Shown piece by piece: positions 11,583 through 24,800 of a stretch of 64,000 nucleotides of DNA. The DNA lies in the NCBI GenBank assembly GCA_040954595.2, contig CM082582.2:558001-622000 (forward strand). Reading direction: 5' to 3'. The translations under genes and the position numbers were made by a program. This stretch comes from Balanoglossus misakiensis. Taxonomy: Eukaryota; Animalia; Hemichordata. The notes beneath the pieces were generated by a model, which saw only the letters and a list, made by a program, of their open reading frames with translations, made no database searches and was not told where the DNA came from. Every line of letters starts with the position of its first letter. Position 1 is the stretch's first letter.

Positions 11583-14500
11583 TGACCCGCTGTGACTTTC
11601 CCTGTTCGGTTTGCCCGACTTAGCCAACGTCTTTGTACTAGAGTGTCGGGTCTTTTGCAGAGCCAGGCCGAAGGTAATCCGACTTGATCACCGTTGCTAA
11701 CGAACGCTAGTGTCTGTCATGGTGTGCCGGGGTTTTAGTCGAGCCAGGCCGTAGGAGATCTGACTTGATCATCGTGGTCAATGTACGCCTGTTTCCGCTC
11801 TAAAGTGCCGGGGCTTCAGCTAAACCAGGCCGTAGGAAATCCGACGTAATCACCGTTGATAACTTACGCCAGTCTGTGTCATATAGAGCCGGTGCACCAG
11901 CCGAGTCACGCCGTAGGAAATCTGACTTGATCAACGTGGTCAATGTACGCCTGTTTCTGCTCTAGAGCGCCGGGGCTTCAGCTGAGCCAGGCCGTAGGAA
12001 ACCCGACGTGATTACCGTTGTTAACTTACGCCAGTCTGTGTCCTATATATAGTGCCGGGGCATCAGCCGTGCCAGGTCGAAGGAAATGTGAGTAGATCAA
12101 CGTGGTTTTTGTACGCGTGTTTCTGCTCTAGAGTGCCAGGGCTTTAGCCAAGCCATGCCGTAGGAAATCTGACTTGATCAACGTTGCTAACGAACTCTAG
12201 TGTCTATCATAGTGTGCCGGGGTTTTAGTCGAGCCAAGCCGTAGGAGATCAGACTTGATCAACGTGGTCTCTGTACGCGTGTTTCTGCTCTAGAGTGCCG
12301 GGGCTTTATCCAAGCCATGCCGTAGAAAATCTGACTTGATCACCGTTGCTAACGTACGATAGTGTCTGTCATATTGTGACGAAGATTTAGCCGAGCCAGG
12401 CCGTAGAAAAATCGACTTGTTCAACGTTACCAGTGTGCAACTGTTTCTGCTCTAGAGTGTCAGGATTTTAGCCGACTTATGCTGTAGGAAATCTGAGTTG
12501 ATGAACGGGAATTCAATGTTAGAAAATCCGTGTGGAAAGTATCTCTACCCGTTTGAAACTAAGAAAAGAATTTATTTTTATTTATTTTGTAAAAAAGACA
12601 ATTTTTCGAAAAAAAAGTCGAAAATGGTAATTTTGTCTTGGGTGATTCAAATTATACCGCCTTTTCTGCAATTTGCAGCACTTTTTACAAGAGAACGACA
12701 CTTCATGCTCCATAATATTTCCGAAAATGAAGAAAAGAGTTAATTTTTTATGATTTTTTAAAAATGTACCTTTTTTGTCAAAATATGGCCAAAATGGCTA
12801 TTTTTTATTGAATTCCGTCAATATCTCTGCATTTTTGGAGTGGTCGAAAGTTTTAACATACAATCAACATGTCATATATTATCAGGGCACCAAATTCGAA
12901 GAACAAAGGTTTTTTTAGTTTTTTTTTCTAAAAATGACATTTTCAAGGAAAATTTGGTAAAAAGCAATTTTGTCTGCAGTGAGCCAAATTAGACGGTCTT
13001 TTGTGGAATTTGTATCGATATATACATACGAAGAGCATTCTATACTCCATCAGATTTCCGAAAATGTAGAAAACAGGTCTTTTTTGTAATTTTCAAAAAT
13101 TTACCATTTTGACCAAATTGTGGCTAAAATTGTTATTTTCGTGTTGAATGCCGCCAGTGTCACTGCTTTTAAAAGTCATAAAAACGTTTAACATACAAGC
13201 AATTGTTTATATATGATCAGGTCACCGAATTAAAAAAAATAAAGAATGTTTTGCCTAAAAATTACCTTTTTGGTGCAAAAACGCAATTTTGTATTAAATC
13301 AGCTCATTCAGAGTGCATTTTTTATAATCAGCACCATTTTTACATAAAATGGAAATTTCATACATCATCAGATATCCAAATATGAAAAAATGATTTAGAT
13401 TTTAGATGATTGTCCAAAATTAGCTGATATCTAATAAATGTAGTATTGAACCGTTCTGTCCCCCCCCCCCCCTACATTATATGCGGTACGCCGATGTAAG
13501 CTTACCCGGCAGTACTGCAGGCCGTGCCCCCAACTAACGTCGGTGTTTGAAACGCCCTGGTTAAATTCGGGCTTTCTCTATAAATTGACAGGCAATAATG
13601 CAGTCCTACCCGAACAAATGTCGAGTGTTGACCCGCTGTGACATTCCCTCTTTGGTTTGCCCGACTTAGCCAACGTCTTTGTACTAGAGTGTCGGGTCTT
13701 TTGCAGAGCCAGGCCGAAGGAAATCCGACTTGATCACCGTTGCTAACGAACGCTAGTGTCTGTCATGGTGTGCCGGGGTTTTAGTCGAGCCAGGCCGTAG
13801 GAAATCTGACTTGATCAACGTGGTCAATGTACGCCTGTTTCTGCTCTAGAGTGCCGGGGCTTCAGCTGAGCCAGGCCGTAGGAAACCCGACGTGATTACC
13901 GTTGTTAACTTACGCCAGTCTGTGTCATATATATAGTGCCGGGGCATCAGCCGTGCCAGGCCGAAGGAAATGTGAGTAGATTAACGTGGTCTCTGTACGC
14001 GTGTTTCTGCTCTAGAGTGCCAGGGTTTTAGCCAAGCCAAGCCGTAGGAAATCTGACTTGATCAACGTTGCTAACGAACGCTAGTGTCTGTCATAGTGTG
14101 CCGGGGTTTTAGTCGAGCCAAGCCGTAGGAGATCAGACTTGATCAACGTGGTCTCTGTACGCGTGTTTCTGCTCTAGAGTGCCGGGGCTTCAGCTGAGCC
14201 AGGCCGTAGGAAACCCGACGTGATTTCCGTTGTTAACTTACGCCAGTCTGTGTCCTATATATAGTGCCGGGGCATCAGCCGTGCCAGGCCGAAGGAAATG
14301 TGAGTAGATCAACGTGGTCTCTGTACGCGTGTTTCTGCTCTAGAGTGCCAGGGCTTTAGCCAAGCCATGCCGTAGGAAATCTCACTTGATCACCGTTGCT
14401 AACGTACGCTAGTGTCTGTCATATTGTGACGGAGATTTAGCCGAGCCAGGCCGTAGAAAAATCGACTTGTTCAACGTTTCCAGTGTGCAACTGTTTCTGC

Positions 14501-17500
14501 TCTAGAGTGTCAGGGTTTTAGCCGACTTATGCTGTAGGAAATCTGAGTTGATGAACGGGAAGTCAATGTTAGGAAACCCGTGTGTAAAGTATCTCTACCC
14601 GTTTGAAACTAAGAAAAGAATTTATTCTTATTTATTTTGTAAAAAAGACAATTTTTCGAAAAAAAGTCGAAAATGGTAATTTTGTCTTGGGTGATTCAAA
14701 TTATACCGCCTTTTCTGGAATTTGCAGCACTTTTTACAAGAGAACGACACTTCATGCGCCATAATATTTCCGAAAATGAAGAAAAGAGTTAATTTTTTAT
14801 GATTTTTTAAAAATTTACCATTTTTGTTAAAATATGGCCAAAATGGCTATTTTTTCTTGAATTCCGTCAATATCTCTGCATTTTTAGAGTGGTCGAAAGT
14901 TTTAACATACAATCAACATGTCATATATGATCAGGGCACCAAATTCGAAGAACAAAGGTTTTTTTATTTGTTTTTCTAAAAATGACATTTTCAAGGAAAA
15001 TTTGGTAAAACGCAATTTTGTCTGCAGTGAGCCAAATTAGACGGTCTTTTGTGGAATTTGTATCGATATATACATACGAAGACCATTCTATACTCCATCA
15101 GATTTCCGAAAATGTACAAAACAGGTATTTTTTGTAATTTTCAAAAATTTACCATTTTGACCAAATTGTGGCTAAAATTGTTATTTTCGTGTTGAATGCC
15201 GCCAGTGTCACTGCTTTTAAAAGTCATAAAAACTTTTAACATACAAGCAATTGTTTATATATGATCAGGTCACCGAATTAAAAAAATAAAGAATGTTTTG
15301 CCTAAAAATGACCTTTTTGGTGCAAAAACGAATAAAACGCAATTTTGTATTAAATCAGCTCATTCAGAGTGCATTTTTTATAATCAGCACCATTTTTACA
15401 TACAATGGAAATTTCCTACATCATCAGATATCCAAATATGAAAAAATGATTTAGATTTTAGATGATTGTCCAAAATTAGCTGATATCTAATAAATGTAGT
15501 ATTGAACCGTTCCGTTCCCCCCCCCCCACCCCCCCCCCTTACATTATATGCGGTACGCCGATGTCAGCTTACCCGGCAGTACTGCAGGCCGTGCCCCCAA
15601 CTAACATCGGTGTTGGAAACGCCCTGGTTAAATTCGGGCTTCCTCTATAAATTGACAGGCAATAATGCAGTCCTACCCAAACAAATGTCGAGTGTTGACC
15701 CGCTGTGACTTTCCCTCTTCGGTTTGCCCGACTTAGCCAACGTCTTTGTACTAGAGTGTCGGGTCTTTTACAGAGCCAGGCCGAAGGAAATCCGACTTGA
15801 TCACCGTTGCTAACGAACGCTAGTGTCTGTCATGGTGTGCCGGGGTTTTAGTCGAGCCAGGCCGTAGGAGATCTGACTTGATCAACGTGGTCAATGTACG
15901 CCTGTTTCTGCTCTAGAGCACCGGGGATTCAGCTGAGCCAGGCCGCAGGAAACCCGACGTGATTACCGTTGTTAACTTACGCCAGTCTGTGTCCTATATA
16001 TAGTGCCGGGGCATCAGCCGTGCCAGGCCGAAGGAAATGTGAGTAGATCAACGTGGTTTTTGTACGCGTGTTTCCGCTCTAAAGTGCCGGGGCTTCAGCT
16101 AAACCAGGCCGTAGGAAATCCGACGTAATCACCGTTGATAACTTACGCCTGTCTGTGTCATATAGAGCCGGTGCACCAGCCGAGTCACGCCGTAGGAAAT
16201 CTGACTTGATCAACGTGGTCAATGTACGCCTGTTTCTGCTCTAGAGTGCCGGGGCTTCAGCTGAGCCAGGCCGTAGGAAACCCGACGTGATTACCGTTGT
16301 TAACTTACGCCAGTCTGTGTCCTATATATAGTGCCGGGGCATCAGCCGTGCCAGGCCGAAGGAAATGTGAGTAGATCAACGTGGTCTCTGTACGCGTGTT
16401 TCTGCTCTAGAGTGCCAGGGCTTTAGCCAAGCCATGCCGTAGGAAATCTGACATGATCAACGTTGCTAACGAACGCTAGTGTCTGTCATAGTGTGCCGGG
16501 GTTTTAGTCGAGCCAAGCCGTAGGAGATCAGACTTGATCAACGTGGTCTCTGTACGCGTGTTTCTGCTCTAGAGTGCCGGGGCTTCAGCTGAGCCAGGCC
16601 GTAGGAAACCCGACGTGATTACCGTTGTTAACTTACGCCAGTCTGTGTCCTATATATAGTGCCGGGGCATCAGCCGTGCCAGGCCGAAGGAAATGTGAGT
16701 AGATCAACGTGGTCTCTGTACGCGTGTTTCTGCTCTAGAGTGCCAGGGCTTTAGCCAAGCCATGCCGTAGGAAATCTCACTTGATCACCGTTGCTAACGT
16801 ACGCTAGTGTCTGTCATTTTGTGACGGAGATTTAGCCGAGCCAGGCCGTAGAAAAATCGACTTGTTCAACGTTACCAGTGTGCAACTGTTTCTGCTCTAG
16901 AGTGTCAGGGTTTTAGCCGACTTATGCTGTAGGAAATCTGAGTTGATGAACGGGAATTCAATGTTAGAAAACCCGTGTGGAAAGTATCTCTACCCGTTTG
17001 AAACTAAGAAAAGAATTTATTCTTATTTATTTTGTAAAAAAGACAATTTTTCGAAAAAAAGTTGAAAATGGTAATTTTGTCTTGGGTGATTCAAATTATA
17101 CCGCCTTTTCTGGAATTTGCAGCACTTTTTGCAAGAGAACGACACCTTATGCTCCATCATATTTCCGAAAATGAAGAAAAGAGTTAATTTTTTATGATTT
17201 TTTAAAAATTTACCATTTTTGTCAAAATATGGCCAAAATGGCTATTTTTTCTTTAATTCCGTCAATATATCTGCATTTTTGGAGTGGTCGAAAGTTTTAA
17301 CATACAATCAACATGTCATATATGATCAGGGCACCAAATTCGAAGAACAAAGGTTTTTTTTATTTTTTTTTCTTCTAAAAATGACATTTTCAAGGAAAAT
17401 TTGGTAAAACGCAATTTTGTCTGCAGTGAGCCAAATTTTTTATGATTTTTTAAAAATTTACCATTTTTGTCAAAATATGGCCAAAATGGCTTTTAATGAC

Positions 17501-20500
17501 TTTTAAAAGCAGTGACACTGGCGGCATTCATCACGAAAATAACAATTTTAGCCACAATTTAGTCAAAATGGTAAATTTTTAAAATTTACAAAAAATACCT
17601 GTTTTCTACATTTTCGGAAATCTGATGGAGTATAGAATGCTCTTCGTATGTATATATCGATACAAATTCCACAAAAGACCGTCTAATTTGGCTCACTGCA
17701 GACAAAATTGCGTTTTACCAAATTTTCCTTGAAAATGTCATTTTTAGAAGAAAAAAAAATAAAAAAAACCTTTGTTCTTCGAATTTGGTGCCCTGATCAT
17801 ATATGACATGTTGATTGTATGTTAAAACTTTCGACCACTCCAAAAATGCAGATATATTGACGGAATTAAAGAAAAAATAGCCATTTTGGCCATATTTTGA
17901 CAAAAATGGTAAATTTTTAAAAAATCATAAAAAATTAACTCTTTTCTTCATTTTCGGAAATATGATGGAGCATAAGGTGTCGTTCTCTTGCAAAAAGTGC
18001 TGCAAATTCCAGAAAAGGCGGTATAATTTGAATCACCCAAGACAAAATTACCATTTTCGACTTTTTTTCGAAAAATTGTCTTTTTTACAAAATAAATAAG
18101 AATAAATTCTTTTCTTAGTTTCAAACGGGTAGAGATACTTTACACACGGGTTTCCTAACATTGACTTCCCGTTCATCAACTCAGATTTCCTACAGCATAA
18201 GTCGGCTAAAACCCTGACACTCTAGAGCAGAAACAGTTGCACACTGGAAACGTTGAACAAGTCGATTTTTCTACGGCCTGGCTCGGCTAAATCTCCGTCA
18301 CAATATGACAGACACTAGCGTACGTTAGCAACGGTGATCAAGTGAGATTTCCTACGGCATGGCTTGGCTAAAGCCCTGGCACTCTAGAGCAGAAACACGC
18401 GTACAGAGACCACGTTGATCTACTCACATTTCCTTCGGCCTGGCACGGCTGATGCCCCGGCACTATATATAGGACACAGACTGGCGTAAGTTAACAACGG
18501 AAATCACGTCGGGTTTCCTACGGCCTGGCTCAGCTGAAGCCCCGGCACTCTAGAGCAGAAACACGCGTACAGAGACCACGTTGATCAAGTCTGATCTCCT
18601 ACGGCTTGGCTCGACTAAAACCCCGGCACACTATGACAGACACTAGCGTTCGTTAGCAACGTTGATCAAGTCAGATTTCCTACGGCTTGGCTTGGCTAAA
18701 ACCCTGGCACTCTAGAGCAGAAACACGCGTACAGAGACCACGTTAATCTACTCACATTTCCTTCGGCCTGGCACGGCTGATGCCCCGGCACTATATATAT
18801 GACACAGACTGGCGTAAGTTAACAACGGTAATCACGTCGGGTTTCCTACGGCCTGGCTCAGCTGAAGCCCCGGCACTCTAGAGCAGAAACAGGCGTACAT
18901 TGACCACGTTGATCAAGTCAGATTTCCTACGGCCTGGCTCGACTAAAACCCCGGCACACCATGACAGACACTAGCGTTCGTTAGCAACGGTGATCAAGTC
19001 GGATTTCCTTCGGCCTGGCTCTGCAAAAGACCCGACACTCTAGTACAAAGACGTTGGCTAAGTCGGGCAAACCAAAGAGGGAATGTCACAGCGGGTCAAC
19101 ACTCGACATTTGTTCGGGTAGGACTGCATTATTGCCTGTCAATTTATAGAGAAAGCCCGAATTTAACCAGGGCGTTTCAAACACCGACGTTAGTTGGGGG
19201 CACGGCCTGCAGTACTGCCGGGTAAGCTTACATCGGCGTACCGCATATAATGTAGGGGGGGGGGGGGACAGAACGGTTCAATACTACATTTATTAGATAT
19301 CAGCTAATTTTGGACAATCATCTAAAATCTAAATCATTTTTTCATATTTGGATATCTGATGATGTATGAAATTTCCATTTTATGTAAAAATGGTGCTGAT
19401 TATAAAAAATGCACTCTGAATGAGCTGATTTAATACAAAATTGCGTTTTTGCACCAAAAAGGTAATTTTTAGGCAAAACATTCTTTATTTTTTTTAATTC
19501 GGTGACCTGATCATATATAAACAATTGCTTGTATGTTAAACGTTTTTATGACTTTTAAAAGCAGTGACACTGGCGGCATTCAACACGAAAATAACAATTT
19601 TAGCCACAATTTGGTCAAAATGGTAAATTTTTGAAAATTACAAAAAAGACCTGTTTTCTACATTTTCGGAAATCTGATGGAGTATAGAATGCTCTTCGTA
19701 TGTATATATCGATACAAATTCCACAAAAGACCGTCTAATTTGGCTCACTGCAGACAAAATTGCTTTTTACCAAATTTTCCTTGAAAATGTCATTTTTAGA
19801 AAAAAAAACTAAAAAAACCTTTGTTCTTCGAATTTGGTGCCCTGATAATATATGACATGTTGATTGTATGTTAAAACTTTCGACCACTCCAAAAATGCAG
19901 AGATATTGACGGAATTCAAGAAAAAATAGCCATTTTGGCCATATTTTGACAAAAAAGGTAAATTTTTAAAAAATCATAAAAAATTAACTCTTTTCTTCAT
20001 TTTCGGAAATATTATGGAGCATGAAGTGTCGTTCTCTTGTAAAAAGTGCTGCAAATTGCAGAAAAGGCGGTATAATTTGAATCACCCAAGACAAAATTAC
20101 CATTTTCGACTTTTTTTTCGAAAAATTGTCTTTTTTACAAAATAAATAAAAATAAATTCTTTTCTTAGTTTCAAACGGGTAGAGATACTTTCCACACGGA
20201 TTTTCTAACATTGAATTCCCGTTCATCAACTCAGATTTCCTACAGCATAAGTCGGCTAAAATCCTGACACTCTAGAGCAGAAACAGTTGCACACTGGTAA
20301 CGTTGAACAAGTCGATTTTTCTACGGCCTGGCTCGGCTAAATCTTCGTCACAATATGACAGACACTATCGTACGTTAGCAACGGTGATCAAGTCAGATTT
20401 TCTACGGCATGGCTTGGATAAAGCCCCGGCACTCTAGAGCAGAAACACGCGTACAGAGACCACGTTGATCAAGTCTGATCTCCTACGGCTTGGCTCGACT

Positions 20501-21146
20501 AAAACCCCGGCACACTATGATAGACACTAGAGTTCGTTAGCAACGTTGATCAAGTCAGATTTCCTACGGCATGGCTTGGCTAAAGCCCTGGCACTCTAGA
20601 GCAGAAACACGCGTACAAAAACCACGTTGATCTACTCACATTTCCTTCGACCTGGCACGGCTGATGCCCCGGCACTATATATAGGACACAGACTGGCGTA
20701 AGTTAACAACGGTAATCACGTCGGGTTTCCTACGGCCTGGCTCAGCTGAAGCCCCGGCGCTCTAGAGCAGAAACAGGCGTACATTGACCACGTTGATCAA
20801 GTCAGATTTCCTACGGCGTGACTCGGCTGGTGCACCGGCTCTATATGACACAGACTGGCGTAAGTTATCAACGGTGATTACGTCGGATTTCCTACGGCCT
20901 GGTTTAGCTGAAGCCCCGGCACTTTAGAGCGGAAACACGCGTACATTGACCACGATGATCAAGTCAGATCTCCTACGGCCTGGCTCGACTAAAACCCCGG
21001 CACACCATGACAGACACTAGCGTTCGTTAGCAACGGTGATCAAGTCGGATTACCTTCGGCCTGGCTCTGCAAAAGACCCGACACTCTAGTACAAAGACGT
21101 TGGCTAAGTCGGGCAAACCGAACAGGGAAAGTCACAGCGGGTCATT

Positions 21147-21431
21147 ATGGTGGTCTTCGGTAACGCCAACGAAGCCAGACAGATTTTATTTGCGGCCCCT
21201 GGATGCCTGAAAGGAAACAAGTTGAAAGGAAACCAGATTTATGTGTCTGACGATGTAAGCAAGAAAGTATACGCGGAACGGAAGAGGCTACTACAGTATG
21301 CAAGCAAGATAAAGAGAGAAGCGTCGACGAAAAGCTGCTACATAGCTTGGAAAGTGCCGGCAACACTCGTAATCAAGTACGCTAATGGTGTCAAAAAGGA
21401 ACTCACGGTAAATGACATTCCAGAAAAATGA
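21147..21431 (+). pseudogene. C-terminal fragment of L1-type ORF1 protein
   Basis: Mirror image of 11296..11580, with identical translation. Confidence 0.75.
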
Positions 21432-21892
21432 CATTTGTAAATGTAAATGAAAATTGTAAATGTAAACTGGATAGTAGCGTACGACTTTGAATTACCAAAC
21501 ACAGTATTCATAGAATAACGGTAACGTTGTCGGCAATTGATTTTAAAGATCTCAATACACCTCCGACACAGAGAAGGTGTGGCACTCGAGCAGAGTAGGT
21601 TTTATTTTTCTTGCCTTTCTTTTTTGTTCTTTTTGTATTTCTTCTCCTTTTCGTCTTGCCCCCTTTCCCTGTTTGTTTTTTTCCTCCGGGGAAGGGAGTT
21701 TCGTCTCTTCTCAGTCTTCTCTTTTTTTTGGCCCTTTGGGTTTTTTTCTCTCGCCTCTGTCGGCCCTTAGGGTGTGTTTGTCTTGTTTGTTTGTTGTTTC
21801 TTGATGGGTTTATTTCAAAGCGGGACACATCAGTCAATTTTCAGAAATGTTTTTGGAAGCAGTCGACACAACACATTTCATGACAATTTGAA

Positions 21893-24800
21893 ATGGATTT
21901 TTCAGTTTTGACGTTTAATACAAGAGGGCTCCGTAGTTTCAAAAAAAGGAAAAAACTTGGATGTTGGTTAAATAGTAAGAACCCCACATTTACTTTCTTA
22001 CAAGAAACCCACAGTGTAAAAGACGATGTTCACTTTTGGTCAACTCAATTTAATGGTCGCTGTTGGTTTTCGCATGGAACAAACAATAGTAGAGGTGTAA
22101 TAACAATTATCAATAACCCAAATATTATAGTTAACAATTCTGTAACTGACGATATGGGTAGATTTATTCTTATTGATGTAAATTTAGACAATACGCCTTG
22201 TATACTACTTAATGTATATGCACCCAATATAGAGAAAGAGCATGTAATTTTTCTAGAAGAAATGTATTTTTTGCTGGTCAAATATGTAACCGATCCCAAC
22301 ACAATTGTCATTTTAGGAGGGGATTTAAATTTCACCTATAATATTGCCCTTGATCGCTCAGGAGGCAATCCTAAACCATGGGGAAAGTCCATTGCTCTTT
22401 TAGATAGGATATCTGACGTCTTCAATTTGATTGATATATGGAGGGTGCGTCATGAAGAAAAGAGAGGTTTTACCTGGAGAAGGCGCAGGCCTTATATCAC
22501 TCAGAGTAGACTTGATTATTTTTTCATTTCTAGCGATTTACAGCAACAAATCAGTAGCGTTCAGATTATTCCTGGAGTGGATTCCGACCATTCAGCTGTC
22601 TCTTTGGTGTATAAATCTTGCCAAAACGAGCGGGGTCCTGGCTACTGGAAGTTTAATTCTAGTTTAATTTACGACAGTACTTTCAAAACCATTCTGCACG
22701 ATAATATTGACGAGTGGATTAGTGAATCCACTAGGTTAAATGATGGGGTTCGTTGGGACTTCATAAAATTTAAGATTAGAGGTTTTGTGATTGACTACAG
22801 CAAAACAGTGGCGAAAAAACGTAGACAGAATTTACAGAATCTTGAACTGTCGGTGAATTTTCTTGAGGGTCTTTGTTCTAATCATCCTACAGTGCAAAAT
22901 TACGAGATGCTCGAGTCAGCAAAGAGTGATTTGGAGAAAGTTTATGATTATATTACAGAAGGAGCGGTCGTAAGATCCAGGATTAATTGGTACGAGAAAG
23001 GTGAAAAATGTAACAAGTTCTTTTTAGGTTTGGAAAAGGTAAATAAACGCAACTCGAGTATCAGCAATTTGAAGAAAGATGAGTATACAATTATAGACAA
23101 CCCAAAGAATATTTTGTGTGAAATTAAGCAGTTTTATGCCAAGCTTTACTCAAGGTGCGCCACAAACTCCAACGATGTGCATTATTTCCTGGATGCAAAT
23201 TTACCAATGTTGTCAGAGAATGATAAAGTTTTGTGTGAGGGTCCTTTGACCCCTGGGGAAGTTTTCTCTGTTCTTCTCTCCCTTCCAGACAACAAAAGCC
23301 CCGGCAATGATGGCCTTACAAAAGAATTTTACGTGGCGTTTTGGCCACAGGTGGGGAATTTAGTTTTGAATTCTCTCAATTATGGTTACAGAACGGGGGA
23401 ATTTTCAAATTCACAGAAACAGAGTGTCATAACTCTGATTGATAAACCTGGGAAGGATCAACTCTATCTGAAAAATTGGAGACCAATCTCGCTTATGAAT
23501 GTTGACATGAAGCTTGCTTCAAAATGCCTTGTTAAACGTATTGAGAAAGTTTTGCCCTGCTTAATTGGTGACTCCCAAGCGGCCTTTGTCCGGGGGAGAA
23601 ACATTGGTGATTATATCCGTTTGATAGATGAGATTTTTCATCACACCTGTAATGCTGATATTCCAGCAATTTTATTAGCCATAGATTTCGAAAAAGCTTT
23701 TGACACTGTAAGTTGGGATTATCTCTACAATACATTGTCATCCTTTAATTTTGGAGTGTCCTTCATCAACTGGGTTAAAGCCTTATATTTTAACATTGAA
23801 AGCACTGTAATGAACAATGGGTTTGGGACTGGCTATTTTAAGCTTGAGAAGGGAGTGCGCCAAGGCGACCCTTTGTCACCTATGTTATTTATTCTGGTTT
23901 TAGAAACACTCTTGCATTCAATAAGAAATAACCGGCAAATTAGTGGTATCAATATTGGCAGTGTTGAAATTAAGGAGTCGGCGTTCGCCGACGATATGAC
24001 CTGTTTTTTATCAAATGAAAACTCTGTAAGAATTGTTTTTGAAATGTTAACTTCCTTTTATAATGCTTCTGGTTTGAAAGTCAACAAAGATAAGACAGAA
24101 GCTGTTTGGCTTGGGAAATGGAGACTTCGAAAAGATGAGGCGTTCGGGGTAAAGTGGCCCACCCCTACTATCAAGATTGTGGGGATTCATCTTTCTTATA
24201 ATGAAAAAATTGCCCAGGAAAAAAATATTGTTACCCCAGTCGAAAATCTAAAAAAGGTCCTCAATATGTGGAAAACTAGGAATTTGACCATCATTGGGAA
24301 AGTTCAAGTTATTAAGTCATTGGCAATTTCCAAATTAACATATGTGCTTACACATGTAATTTTTCCTAATGAAGTAATAGGTCGGGTTCATAAGTTAATT
24401 TATAATTTTCTCTGGAATGGACAAGACCGGGTTCGCAGGAATGTAATGATAGGGGAGGTGGGCCAAGGAGGCTTAAAAATGCCCAATTTAGATGTGATGA
24501 TAAAAACAAAGCAAGTATTACTGATTAAACGCCTGTTGAATGAGGAATGTAAACACCCTTGGAAACACATTGTCTTACACAGTTTAGAGAAAGTCGGTGG
24601 AAAATTACTTTTTAAATGTAACTTCCGCACCAATCTTTTGCCTGTCCAAGTTTCCAGTTTTATAAATAATTGTCTTGTCACATGGTCAGAAATCAACATA
24701 ATTCCAAATACTACAGACCAGGTGATTTGGAACAACAGAAACGTCCTCGTTGGAGGAAAGTCGGTATTTTATAAGGCTTTTTGTGACGCTGGCTTTAATT

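Noticed and set aside
19215-19315. Spliced-leader RNA-like combination (GG|GTAAG followed by AATTTTGG)
   Set aside because: The motifs are separated by a variable poly-G tract with no convincing SL stem-loops, and AATTTTGG is expected by chance in this AT-rich repeat.
19350-19376. CTGATGA-tgtat-GAAA, hammerhead ribozyme core-like motif in each unit
   Set aside because: There is no stem II between the core boxes, some units read GACA instead of GAAA, and the paralogous subrepeat has CTGATGG.
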